Part shown: piece after piece, positions 1 through 8,290 of the stretch | Position numbering within the stretch: the first letter of the stretch is position 1 | Layout of the letters: each line of letters starts with the position of its first letter | IMG/VR virus record: IMGVR_UViG_2579779105_000001 | Length of the DNA: 64,000 nt | Origin: a virus | Lineage: Duplodnaviria > Heunggongvirae > Uroviricota > Caudoviricetes | Direction: 5' to 3' (one strand) | Program-made: the position numbers and the translations under genes | Notes under the pieces: model-generated | Told to the model about the DNA's origin: nothing | The model's database searches: none | What the model saw: only the letters and a program-made list of their open reading frames with translations

Positions 1-2556
1 GTCTTTAATGCCGCCGAAATGGGGCGTCTTGACCTGGCGTCAGGCAAGCACCGTGATGCGCAGAAGAAGAACAAGATTAAGGACCAGGCCGCGAATACCG
101 GTACAGCGAAGAAGCAGAATATCCCGTACTTTGAGGATATGAACTTCGATAGCGTAATTGCCGACGAAGGGCACAACTACCGCAACTCCTTTGGTGCCGG
201 GCGTGAAGCGGGGCAACTGGCATATTTACCTAATCCGGCGGTATCCAAAATGGCCCGTGACATGGCTGTAAAAGCTGCGTACATGATGAAACGTCACAAT
301 GGGCGCGGCGTCGTAATGCTGACAGCAACTCCGCTGGTTAATAGCCCTATTGACGCCTTCAACATGCTGTCAACGGTGATCCCTCAGCACGAGTGGATGC
401 ACATGGGGATTATTACCCCTGACGACTTTGTCCGAGTGTTCGGTAAAACAGCCACTGTTCAGGTCCAGAAAATTTCTGGCGAAGTGGAAGAGAAACAGGG
501 GCTGGTGGGCTTCCAGAACCTTGATGGTCTGCGTGGCATTTTCCACCGCTGGACAACGCTTAAAACGGCTTCCGATGTTGGTGCAACGGTAAAAATCCCG
601 GATATCGTCGAAAACACCTTGCAGATCCCAATGACTCCAGAGCAGCAAGCAGCTTATGAAGAGCTTCGTAAACGCGCGCAGGAGTTAAGTCGTGGTGATG
701 ACGTCACTGTCGATGATGAAGGCAATATCACTCGCGGGAAACCGGATGATTTCATTTTCTCTATCATTCGCGACATGGATAAGGTCGCTATCGACCCGGA
801 TCTTTACGCCAGCGCTATCACATTCCAGTTCCCTGTAGAACTTACTGAACAGGTGAAGTCTATAGCTAATAACCTACCAAAAGTGGCTGGTGGGAAAGCG
901 GCAGACGATGCAGAAGAAGCAGAGGAGGATGCGACCGGAGGCCTGGTCAGTACCCGTACCAGCAAGGTTGTAGCTACAACATTTAGTGAGCATCCAAATC
1001 ACGTCGAATTGCGTGCCAGCATTGACCTGGAGGCTGAAATACTCAAGGCAATTGCTGATGCAGGCATCGACATGAAACAGGTGTCACACCCGATCCCGCC
1101 TAAGTATGCCGCACTTATCGAGAACCTTCGTGAAGGGCTTAAGAACGGTAAGCAAATTATCTTTATCGACGAGAAAGCCCAGCACCAGAAACTACGTCGC
1201 ATCATTGCCAGTGCGTTGCAAATGCCAGAGCAGGAGATAGGCATTATCAATGCTACGACTGTTAGCCAGGCTGGTGGTGTTAAGCTGAAAAAGGTCAAAA
1301 AACCGACCGAACCGACGCCAAACAAAGACGGTGAATACAAAGAAGGCGCATGGGAAACCTACTACAGTAAACTGGCCCAATATGAGGATTATCTCTCTGC
1401 TAAAAATGATGCTGGCCTTGAGGGGATGGAAGGTATTGCTGCCGACTATAACGAAGGGCGCACGCAAATCATTATCTGTAACAAGAAAGCCGAAGTAGGT
1501 ATCAACCTGCATATTGGAACGACCGATATTCACCACCTGACACTACCCTGGACTCCTGCCAGTATCGACCAACGAAATGGGCGCGGTGCGCGCGTAGGTT
1601 CTCCGCAAGAGAAGGTTAATGTTCACTATTATTGTGGCAAAGGCACATTCGATGACTTCCGTCTGGATACGCTTAAACGTAAGAAAGACTGGATCAAGAT
1701 GGTGATGACCTCCGATATGTCAGAGATCGCCAATGGTGATGCGGATGACGCTGATGAACGCGCCATTATGCTGGCGGCAAATCCGGAAGAACGACGCGCA
1801 ATTATGGCTCGTCAGTCGAAAGAACGTGAGGAACGCCTGCGACTTAAAGCGCAACGCGAAGCCAATAATGCTCTCGATAACTACCTGAAAGCGGCGAATG
1901 CTGCCGGGAAGGATATCGGCATGATGGAGGCAGAACTGAAAAGCGCGATGGAGCAGGCGCAACGATACCAGAGTGATCTGGATGGACTGATTAAGAGCGG
2001 CATCAACAAAAACGGACAGAAATATACGCTTTCAGCACTAAGCAAAGCTAAAAAAAGAGTGCGTGAATTGCGATTTGCAATCACCAGGGCGAAGGACGCG
2101 GATACTGTTATGAAACGCTCTCGTGGTGATGTGGAGCGTGCTATTAAGTCTGGTGTGCTGGATATCAGTATCGATGTTATTCAGAACCCGCAGGAGTATA
2201 TGCGCACTGGCAAGAACATCCTGTTGCATAAAGGTAGTTACTACCGTGCAGTCATTGATGCTGAATACGAGACAACGGCGATTGTACGCGTGACACAAAT
2301 TGAGGGCGAAAAAGCGCAATACACCTGCCGCGTCGCCTGGCTGGATAGAGCAAGTCGCAACTCTCGTTCTCCTGGCTCAACCATGACATTACCGTTTGAC
2401 TCAGTGGTTGAAGCGGTAACATTTGAAGAGGGGGTGGCTGAATCACGAGAAATAGCGGCACGTGGTGTTCAAAGCCACCAGCTTTCAACCTCTCTTTCTC
2501 GCGATCAATTCTATGACGCTATTCGTAGCGGTGTTATGCGGGTAACCGCACGCTGA
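1..2556 (+). CDS. SNF2/DExH-family helicase-domain protein, DarB-like; 5' end lies outside the window
   Basis: Frame 1 is open from the window edge to the stop at 2554-2556. Translation contains DEGHNYRN (DExH box) and LTATPLVNSP (SNF2 motif III-like), followed by a long coiled-coil C-terminal region. Confidence 0.55.
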   Translation, partial: VFNAAEMGRLDLASGKHRDAQKKNKIKDQAANTGTAKKQNIPYFEDMNFDSVIADEGHNYRNSFGAGREAGQLAYLPNPAVSKMARDMAVKAAYMMKRHNGRGVVMLTATPLVNSPIDAFNMLSTVIPQHEWMHMGIITPDDFVRVFGKTATVQVQKISGEVEEKQGLVGFQNLDGLRGIFHRWTTLKTASDVGATVKIPDIVENTLQIPMTPEQQAAYEELRKRAQELSRGDDVTVDDEGNITRGKPDDFIFSIIRDMDKVAIDPDLYASAITFQFPVELTEQVKSIANNLPKVAGGKAADDAEEAEEDATGGLVSTRTSKVVATTFSEHPNHVELRASIDLEAEILKAIADAGIDMKQVSHPIPPKYAALIENLREGLKNGKQIIFIDEKAQHQKLRRIIASALQMPEQEIGIINATTVSQAGGVKLKKVKKPTEPTPNKDGEYKEGAWETYYSKLAQYEDYLSAKNDAGLEGMEGIAADYNEGRTQIIICNKKAEVGINLHIGTTDIHHLTLPWTPASIDQRNGRGARVGSPQEKVNVHYYCGKGTFDDFRLDTLKRKKDWIKMVMTSDMSEIANGDADDADERAIMLAANPEERRAIMARQSKEREERLRLKAQREANNALDNYLKAANAAGKDIGMMEAELKSAMEQAQRYQSDLDGLIKSGINKNGQKYTLSALSKAKKRVRELRFAITRAKDADTVMKRSRGDVERAIKSGVLDISIDVIQNPQEYMRTGKNILLHKGSYYRAVIDAEYETTAIVRVTQIEGEKAQYTCRVAWLDRASRNSRSPGSTMTLPFDSVVEAVTFEEGVAESREIAARGVQSHQLSTSLSRDQFYDAIRSGVMRVTAR

Positions 2557-2648
2557 AAAGAGAGCGCCGGGAACTAAAAGAGCGTTTAACCAGGCTCAAT
2601 CAGCAATGCATTGATTATCAAGGCGAAGGCGTCACACTGCGTAAAAAG

Positions 2649-3281
2649 TTGGCTACAGCGCAGAGCATTATCGAAACATTAAAGCGAGAGTGCTCACAGC
2701 TTGGTCACGATCTGAACCGTGCTTGTGGCATGGGACAAAGACCAGAGACATTTCCACTTATGTATGATGGGCGGGATGCCATTGCCTACATCCATGAGTA
2801 TCCGCACGGCCTGGTTGCGGAAACTGGGCAGCGTGGCGAAGCACTGCTGACGGCTAATTACCATCAACAAATCAGAACCAATCGCCTGTTAACGATGGAT
2901 GTGATCCCATCGGTGTGGGGAACGCCGCTTTACTATCGCCTGCCGGGCTTCGAAAAGGACTGGAATACCGACATAGACGAATGTCTCGCAGATAAAATTA
3001 TGGCGTACCTGGAGACGGATTTTCCGCGCTTATATCGCCGGATTATGGACTCTAAGGATGCGCCAATCGATGAATTAAAAATGCGTCCGGAGACGCTGGA
3101 GGCAATCAAGCAGACGGAGTTTGATACTGTATTCAGTGTGGCCTGCATTCCAAGCTGTTTCCATGAAAGCATTCCGTTCATGCAAGGAGATCGTCGTCAG
3201 GAAATCATTGACGCTTGCCGGGTATGGGCGAACGAATGGGATAAGAAGAATGGGGGTGTAGAAGATCTTTACGGGAAATAA
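2649..3281 (+). CDS. hypothetical protein
   Basis: 210-aa ORF with a TTG start in the track; the true start is uncertain (possible ATG near 2727). No recognisable motif. Confidence 0.35.
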   Translation: MATAQSIIETLKRECSQLGHDLNRACGMGQRPETFPLMYDGRDAIAYIHEYPHGLVAETGQRGEALLTANYHQQIRTNRLLTMDVIPSVWGTPLYYRLPGFEKDWNTDIDECLADKIMAYLETDFPRLYRRIMDSKDAPIDELKMRPETLEAIKQTEFDTVFSVACIPSCFHESIPFMQGDRRQEIIDACRVWANEWDKKNGGVEDLYGK

Positions 3282-3295
3282 TGTGTTAGAAATCT
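3281..3295 (-). promoter_or_regulatory. putative C1-type operator-like site (TTTCTAACA core)
   Basis: The reverse complement reads ATTTCTAACACAT, matching the motif that recurs at about ten intergenic positions in this window. Confidence 0.4.
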
Positions 3296-3350
3296 AAAAT
3301 TACGATTCGAATGTATTGATTGTGAAGGTAACTTAACATAGAATTTTCCT

Positions 3351-3424
3351 TGCTGGTGGGCGGCACCCACGTTTCGCTTGCTGGGCTTGATAGTCACTTA
3401 TTGGTTATTGTTCGCCCACCAGCA
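3351..3424. repeat. 12-bp perfect inverted repeat (TGCTGGTGGGCG / CGCCCACCAGCA) with a 50-nt loop
   Basis: Read directly from the sequence. Confidence 0.6.
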
Positions 3425-3652
3425 TTTAACAAATTAAAGCGTTAGAAAAGTATAGTAACGCAAGAGCACGCTTTGGCACCGTGCAGGCCAAAGTTCAGCA
3501 GGTTTAGTGCGGAAAGTGGTTTCAGAGAGAGCACTTTGCGGAGTAAACGACAGTACATGTTGAGCCACGGAAGGTCTTTTTAAGGTGTTCATTGATGATG
3601 GTCCGGCAGAGAGTAACGGTACATGCTGCATCTAATCATCAATGCACATCTT

Positions 3653-3717
3653 CAACATTAAGGAGGCATAGGGATTTTTGTGGCGGTTACCTTTTGCCCT
3701 GAGTCTCCTTAATGTTG
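3653..3717. repeat. 13-bp perfect inverted repeat (CAACATTAAGGAG / CTCCTTAATGTTG) enclosing an AAGGAGG Shine-Dalgarno-like element
   Basis: Read directly from the sequence. Confidence 0.6.
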
Positions 3718-3934
3718 CGGTAATGCACCTATGCGGATGTGGCCTTGCATTGTGTCTTGAAAGAATGGGGTAAGGCCGGGGACATCCCCAGGGGGAGGCA
3801 CCCCCGCTGCAACGAACAGCCACAGACGGCAGTCGAGTGATGGGAACGTGCAAAGACTTTAAACCTCGTTATGGCTGGCGTGGCAAACGCGACAACCGAG
3901 ACAGAGCGGTGACGGGCGGAGAGAGTGCCGCATC

Positions 3935-4011
3935 AAGAAAGAAGCCGACTTGTGATCCCTTTCAGCGGGCATTTGAAAGTGAATCCAGTTCAGGCAGTCG
4001 GCTTCTTTCTT
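3935..4011. repeat. 16-bp perfect inverted repeat (AAGAAAGAAGCCGACT / AGTCGGCTTCTTTCTT) with a 45-nt loop
   Basis: Read directly from the sequence. Confidence 0.6.
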
Positions 4012-4031
4012 GTGTGAGATGTAGCGTATTT

Positions 4032-4055
4032 GCCCATCTTCGGGTGGGCTTTTTT
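4032..4055 (+). terminator. rho-independent terminator-like hairpin
   Basis: GCCCATC-TTCG-GGTGGGC stem-loop followed by TTTTTT. Confidence 0.45.
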
Positions 4056-4222
4056 AGGGTTTTCGTCATGGTTAGCGACTTTGCGGCGGTTTAGAACCCG
4101 ACCATTAAAGTAAATGCAAACGATGATCTGATGATGGTAGCGGCCTAAGAAGCCTGACGCCACGGGGTATGAGTCGTCCCCCGTCAAAAAATCGACCGCA
4201 GAGTGTCCCCGTCTGTGTATTA

Positions 4223-4335
4223 GGGAACGGGGAGGCATAACAGGCAAGGGCGCTGGTGTGATTAACCAGATGAATGAGAAGGGTCAGGTCTTTCTGGTCA
4301 GCGCCCTTACCTGTTACGTCCCTCCCGCGTAACAG
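4223..4335. repeat. extended imperfect inverted repeat (17-bp core AACAGGCAAGGGCGCTG / CAGCGCCCTTACCTGTT, one mismatch)
   Basis: Read directly from the sequence; flanking GGGAACGGGGAGG / CCTCCCGCG segments extend the pairing. Confidence 0.5.
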
Positions 4336-4514
4336 CCATTGCTTGATGGTATATGGGAAAGTTTGTTGGTTACGGGTATATCCCGTCATGCTGAAGGCGC
4401 TAATCACGCTGGAAGCCAGGGTTATGCATCCCCTGTTACTGAATTGCAGCCAGGGCGCGGTGCGCCGAAAAGCATACGGAGGTGGAAGCCCTCGCCGGAG
4501 ACGTACCCGGCAAG

Positions 4515-4590
4515 TGATGGTGTAGCTCAGCGGTTAGAGCGGTTGACTGTTAATCAACGGGTCGATGGTTCAAATCCATCCACCATCGCC
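4515..4590 (+). tRNA. tRNA-Asn (anticodon GTT)
   Basis: Manual cloverleaf: acceptor GATGGTG/CACCATC, D-arm TAGCTCAGCGGTTAGAGC, anticodon loop CTGTTAA, T-loop GGTTCAAATCC, 3' CCA encoded. Confidence 0.85.
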
Positions 4591-4592
4591 AA

Positions 4593-4668
4593 TGCCGGTT
4601 TAGCTCAGTTGGTAGAGCGCCTGCCTTGTAAGCAGGATGTCAGCGGTTCGAGTCCGTTAACCGGCACC
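4593..4668 (+). tRNA. tRNA-Thr (anticodon TGT)
   Basis: Acceptor GCCGGTT/AACCGGC, anticodon stem-loop CCTGC-CTTGTAA-GCAGG, T-loop GGTTCGAGTCC, CCA encoded. Confidence 0.85.
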
Positions 4669-4677
4669 AACACAACA

Positions 4678-4750
4678 GGTAAGGGTATTTTGCGACGTCG
4701 GAGATCGCCGTGCTTGGCAGAGGGTTCGAATCCCTACGAAGTACCCTTAC
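4678..4750 (+). pseudogene. degenerate tRNA-like element
   Basis: 10-bp perfect outer stem (GGTAAGGGTA / TACCCTTACC) encloses a T-arm-like AGGGTTCGAATCCCT hairpin, but the T-arm is not adjacent to the acceptor stem and no D or anticodon arm fits. Confidence 0.3.
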
Positions 4751-4882
4751 CGTTGTGATGAAGTGCAGCTCTTTGAAGCAACCAGAAGATAAGCATCTGG
4801 CTTCACAACATAAACCGCAGGAACGACCAATAAACGGTAGTCCGTATGGAGAACACCCCGTTGAGGAAGAGGCCTGGCCGGA

Positions 4883-4993
4883 ACCGTAACCGGCACCACA
4901 ACGTTGAGAACATTGGCGTAACGGGATCATATCCCAATCTATGAATAAATGTCGCGAGGCAGCGTGACAACCAGTGTTCTCAACGTTGTGGTG
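4883..4993. repeat. 19-bp perfect inverted repeat (CACCACAACGTTGAGAACA and its reverse complement) around a 73-nt loop
   Basis: Read directly from the sequence; the loop contains a GGGATCATATCCC palindrome with a GATC site. Confidence 0.6.
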
Positions 4994-5133
4994 GATTCGC
5001 AGACTGATGCGATAGCTTTCTTGGATGTTAGGGAAATGCGGCCGCAAATCTTCCCTTTCGCGAGCGGTGATCGTCCGTAGTCCTAATTGGCTGCACCGTA
5101 TGCCGGAGATTCAGTACCGGCCACCACAACGGC

Positions 5134-5220
5134 CGGAGAGTAGGGAGCATGGTGCTCAAGCGGTCTTGAAAACCGTCCCATTGCGCAAGCGATGATGGTT
5201 CGATTCCATTACTCTCCGCC
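5134..5220 (+). tRNA. tRNA-Ser-like (anticodon TGA), class II with long variable arm; slightly non-canonical D-arm
   Basis: Acceptor GGAGAGT/ACTCTCC, anticodon arm GCGGT-CTTGAAA-ACCGT (near-identical to the E. coli tRNA-Ser(UGA) arm), T-arm GATGG-TTCGATT-CCATT, discriminator G, CCA encoded. Confidence 0.5.
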
Positions 5221-5484
5221 AGCGCAACGTTAAGAGTATTTGGCTAATTAAGCGAATGCCGGAAGCAGAACCGGATCACCAAATGCGTACAGGCGTCATC
5301 GCCGCCCAGCCAGCCAAGTGCTCTTACCATTGCGGTGAATGCGGCTAAGCGCACGCGGAACAGTTAAAACAATCCTTATTAGTGGTTAAATCAAACATCC
5401 CGGCGTTAATTGTTAACTGGTTAACGTCACCTGGAGGCACCAGGCACCGCAGCTTTTTTATTCGTTAAATAATGGAGTGAGAGG

Positions 5485-5703
5485 ATGCAGAACAATCCGA
5501 ACAAATGTCGAACGCTATGGGTGCGGCTATATATTTATGTCGTCCTCTGTTTGATTGTGTCACTGGTTCTGTATGTTTGGCTTTTGCCAAATATGATCTC
5601 ATCTGACAGCACAATACTTGTATTGTTGGGAGTCCTTCTCGCGCTCATTTACCCGGCTTTTGCAGTAGTCTTTTTTCGCAAAAAAATCCAGGAAATTGAT
5701 TAA
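5485..5703 (+). CDS. small hydrophobic membrane protein (two predicted TM helices)
   Basis: 72-aa ORF with hydrophobic segments; its stop overlaps the start of the next gene (ATTAATG). Confidence 0.45.
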   Translation: MQNNPNKCRTLWVRLYIYVVLCLIVSLVLYVWLLPNMISSDSTILVLLGVLLALIYPAFAVVFFRKKIQEID

Positions 5704-6530
5704 TGAAAAAAACGTTGATTAGTGCAGCGATTATTTTTGGTTCTTTATGTCTGACCGGATGCGACCGGGTAGAACCAGGCAATGTAGGGATCAAAGTAAA
5801 TAAGCTGGGGGATGATAAAGGTGTCGGCGAAGTAGTTGGCGTTGGTCGCTACTGGACAGGCTGGAACACAGAAGTTTATATCTTCCCGACCTTTAAGCAA
5901 ATGAAGACCTATGATGATCCGTTCAGCTTCCAAATGAGCGACGGGACAACAATTGGTTACCACATTGGTGTAGCTTACAAGGTTGATCCGGCAAAAGTCA
6001 CAACTGTATTTCAGACCTACCGCAAAGGCGTGGATGACATTACCGACACCGACCTGCGCCAGAAGATTGCCGACGCACTTAACCGACTGGCCAGCAAAAT
6101 GACCACCGACAAATTTATCGACGGTGGCAAGTCTGAACTGCTGGATGCAGCTCTTAAAGACATCCAGGAAGAAATGACGCCCATCGGTATTCAGGTAATG
6201 AGCCTCTCATATGTGGGCAAGCCGGAGTACCCGCCAACCGTTATCGACAGCATTAATGCCAAAGTCACGGCGAACCAGAAAACTCTGCAACGCGAGCAGG
6301 AAGTCAAGCAACGCGAAGCAGAAGCCAACATGCTGCGCGCAGAAGCTGCCGGACAGGCCGATGCCATTCGCACAAAAGCCCAGGCTGAAGCTGATGCCAT
6401 TCGTTTACGCGGTGAGGCTCTGCGCCAGAACCCCGGCGTTATGGAGTTGGAAGCGATCAACAAATGGAACGGAACGCTACCGCAGTATATGACCAGTAAT
6501 ACCGCTGTTCCGTTTGTTCCGGTGAAATAA
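5703..6530 (+). CDS. SPFH/band-7 (HflK/C-stomatin-like) domain lipoprotein
   Basis: Lipoprotein signal with LTGC lipobox; SPFH-like core and a C-terminal Ala/Glu/Arg-rich coiled coil (AEANMLRAEAAGQADAIRTKAQAEADAIRLRGEA). Confidence 0.6.
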   Translation: MKKTLISAAIIFGSLCLTGCDRVEPGNVGIKVNKLGDDKGVGEVVGVGRYWTGWNTEVYIFPTFKQMKTYDDPFSFQMSDGTTIGYHIGVAYKVDPAKVTTVFQTYRKGVDDITDTDLRQKIADALNRLASKMTTDKFIDGGKSELLDAALKDIQEEMTPIGIQVMSLSYVGKPEYPPTVIDSINAKVTANQKTLQREQEVKQREAEANMLRAEAAGQADAIRTKAQAEADAIRLRGEALRQNPGVMELEAINKWNGTLPQYMTSNTAVPFVPVK

Positions 6531-6543
6531 CCAAATAGAGAAC

Positions 6544-6675
6544 ATGATGGAATTTTGGACGTTTGCCGACAAGAACCCTTGGTGGACATTTTTATTTCTG
6601 CTGGTGGTTGCATATGGGGTCGAGCAAGCAGCAAAAGCCTTACGCGGTCCTGGCAAAAAGCGTAAGCGGAATTAA
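6544..6675 (+). CDS. small membrane protein (43 aa), below the ORF-track length cutoff
   Basis: Translation MMEFWTFADKNPWWTFLFLLVVAYGVEQAAKALRGPGKKRKRN: one TM segment and a basic tail, immediately downstream of the SPFH gene. Confidence 0.3.
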   Translation: MMEFWTFADKNPWWTFLFLLVVAYGVEQAAKALRGPGKKRKRN

Positions 6676-6684
6676 CAGTAATCT

Positions 6685-6760
6685 GGCCCTTTAGCTCAGT
6701 GGTTAGAGCTGGCGACTCATAATCGCACGGTCACCGGTTCAAGTCCGGTAGGGGCCACCA
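6685..6760 (+). tRNA. tRNA with CAT anticodon (Met, or Ile2 if lysidine-modified)
   Basis: Acceptor GGCCCTT/AGGGGCC with one G-U pair, D-arm TAGCTCAGTGGTTAGAGC, anticodon loop CTCATAA, T-loop GGTTCAAGTCC, CCA encoded. Confidence 0.8.
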
Positions 6761-7214
6761 TATTTGGTTGTAACACGGCGTATGGCACATGCGTCGTTAG
6801 CGGTCTGGTGACGTTAAAGGGGTTATCTTTTCCCCTAGCTCAGGCAACAAACCAGGTAGCCGGAATGTGCAAGCCCCGTTCATATCGTCGGACCGAGGAC
6901 TCACCATCCTGGCGATTCGGTGTGACAGCCGGAAGAGTACGGCGCACAACAGGAAAAGGCGTTTAATTAACGCGAGCGCCGTTTCCGTTGTGGTAATTGC
7001 GGCTATGCGCTCGTGGCGAAGCCATTTTCATTCATTGAGGTTCTGATAAGTGTCGTCGCCGGGCGTGGCTGACCTGGCAGGTGGAGGCACCACCGCCACA
7101 ACTCCTTTCAATTCATCATATAGCCGCTCAGGCTGTAACCCTTAATTAATACGAAGTTTCGACATCTCTATCGGTTTAACCGAGAGATGGTCGCGCGTGT
7201 AAAAAGGAGACGTT

Positions 7215-7790
7215 ATGTTAATGGCGAACGATAACGCATATGCAGAAGAAGATCTCATTTTGAGTGACTTCATAGGGAAGCAGGAACGCTGGACCCAAAA
7301 GCGAGAGGAACTTTACGCCTCATTAGTTCGCAAAGGCGTCAATATCGAAACCGCACAGAGCGGCGATATGACAGTGGTAAGCGTTGGATTGCACGGTGTA
7401 AGCGTGTCAGCAATCAATCATGAGCCATACGTTGCGTTATCCGAGTCAATGGTAAGGTTAGTTAAGTTCCTGAAGTACACAGAAGCGAATAATGTAATCA
7501 TTGGCAAAAAGAATATCCCTTTTTCCTCGGCTTTTTACTGGATGATGAAAGGGCTTGATGCCAGGCGGACATCATGGCCTAAAGGGAGCTATATATCGAT
7601 GTTCCGTGGCAGCATTGGCAGCAAAGAAAAGCTCTTCGAATTCTTGCCGGAAGAGGCATTCGATATTGTGGAAGGGTGCGATGTGATGGTGATGCCTCGC
7701 CTGGTAATGATGAATGGTGATTTACAGGCGCAGACAGACTGGTTTGCAACTGGTGTGGATATTATCGCGACTGACTGGGAGGCTTTCTGA
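7215..7790 (+). CDS. hypothetical phage protein with DUF2829-like C-terminal motif
   Basis: 191-aa ORF with an upstream AAAGGAGA RBS; the C-terminus (AFYWMMKGLDARRTSW ... ATDWEAF) resembles the motif in the 15441-16142 protein. Confidence 0.5.
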   Translation: MLMANDNAYAEEDLILSDFIGKQERWTQKREELYASLVRKGVNIETAQSGDMTVVSVGLHGVSVSAINHEPYVALSESMVRLVKFLKYTEANNVIIGKKNIPFSSAFYWMMKGLDARRTSWPKGSYISMFRGSIGSKEKLFEFLPEEAFDIVEGCDVMVMPRLVMMNGDLQAQTDWFATGVDIIATDWEAF

Positions 7791-8182
7791 TGTACGGGAC
7801 TACCAAATTAAGCACTCAACAGGCCACCAATATGGAGTGGTCTATCGCTAACTGTAAGATCGTGTCATGCAATGCCACGCGTACTGATGTGGGCCATAAA
7901 AGCACTATAACAGGCTATCTGGTAATGACCACCAGGGGGATGAGGGTTAGATTTCGCTGGAAAGCAGAGCAAGTAACGCCATTCAGAGAGCCATCAATGC
8001 CGCTGCAGGTTGAGCAGGATTATCTATGTTTACCAGAAATAGATGGCGGAATGCTGGTGGAGTCTGATGGTAGTAAGGCTGATTTTGAAGCCAATTTGAA
8101 GCTGGCACAGGCCGTAATCAATAGTTATCGCGGACAGTGGATCGCAAAAGTGAAACATGTTGTTCGTTTGTCTCGCTGGTAG
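7790..8182 (+). CDS. hypothetical protein
   Basis: 130-aa ORF; its start overlaps the stop of the upstream gene (translational coupling). Confidence 0.45.
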   Translation: MYGTTKLSTQQATNMEWSIANCKIVSCNATRTDVGHKSTITGYLVMTTRGMRVRFRWKAEQVTPFREPSMPLQVEQDYLCLPEIDGGMLVESDGSKADFEANLKLAQAVINSYRGQWIAKVKHVVRLSRW

Positions 8183-8200
8183 CATTAGATATTTAGTATT

Positions 8201-8215
8201 AATTTTCTAATACAA
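8201..8215 (+). promoter_or_regulatory. variant operator-like site (TTTTCTAATACA)
   Basis: Shares the TTTTCTAA core; lies upstream of the lpa-like gene. Confidence 0.3.
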
Positions 8216-8290
8216 TCATCTTTTTGCCAGTCTATACAGTTTTAACATTCTCATTATCATCCCCTCGGTCATTTCCTGCCCGGGGGATTA

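Noticed and set aside
3434-4094. Short ORFs 3434-3631(-), 3632-3853(-) and 3837-4094(+) in the structured non-coding region
   Set aside because: Arg/His/Pro/Cys-rich translations, no RBS, and they are built from long inverted repeats; more likely RNA structure than protein.
4678-4750. Third functional tRNA (a tRNA-Ile equivalent as in P1)
   Set aside because: Despite a T-arm-like hairpin and a perfect outer stem, no fold places the T-arm next to the acceptor stem or yields D and anticodon arms; recorded only as a degenerate tRNA-like element.
4339-4758. 139-aa plus-strand ORF (and neighbouring ORFs 4274-4525 and 4640-5047) overlapping the tRNA genes
   Set aside because: They run through canonical tRNA-Asn and tRNA-Thr cloverleaf sequences and have Arg/Gly/Ser/Pro-rich composition with no RBS; judged to be chance ORFs in structured RNA DNA.
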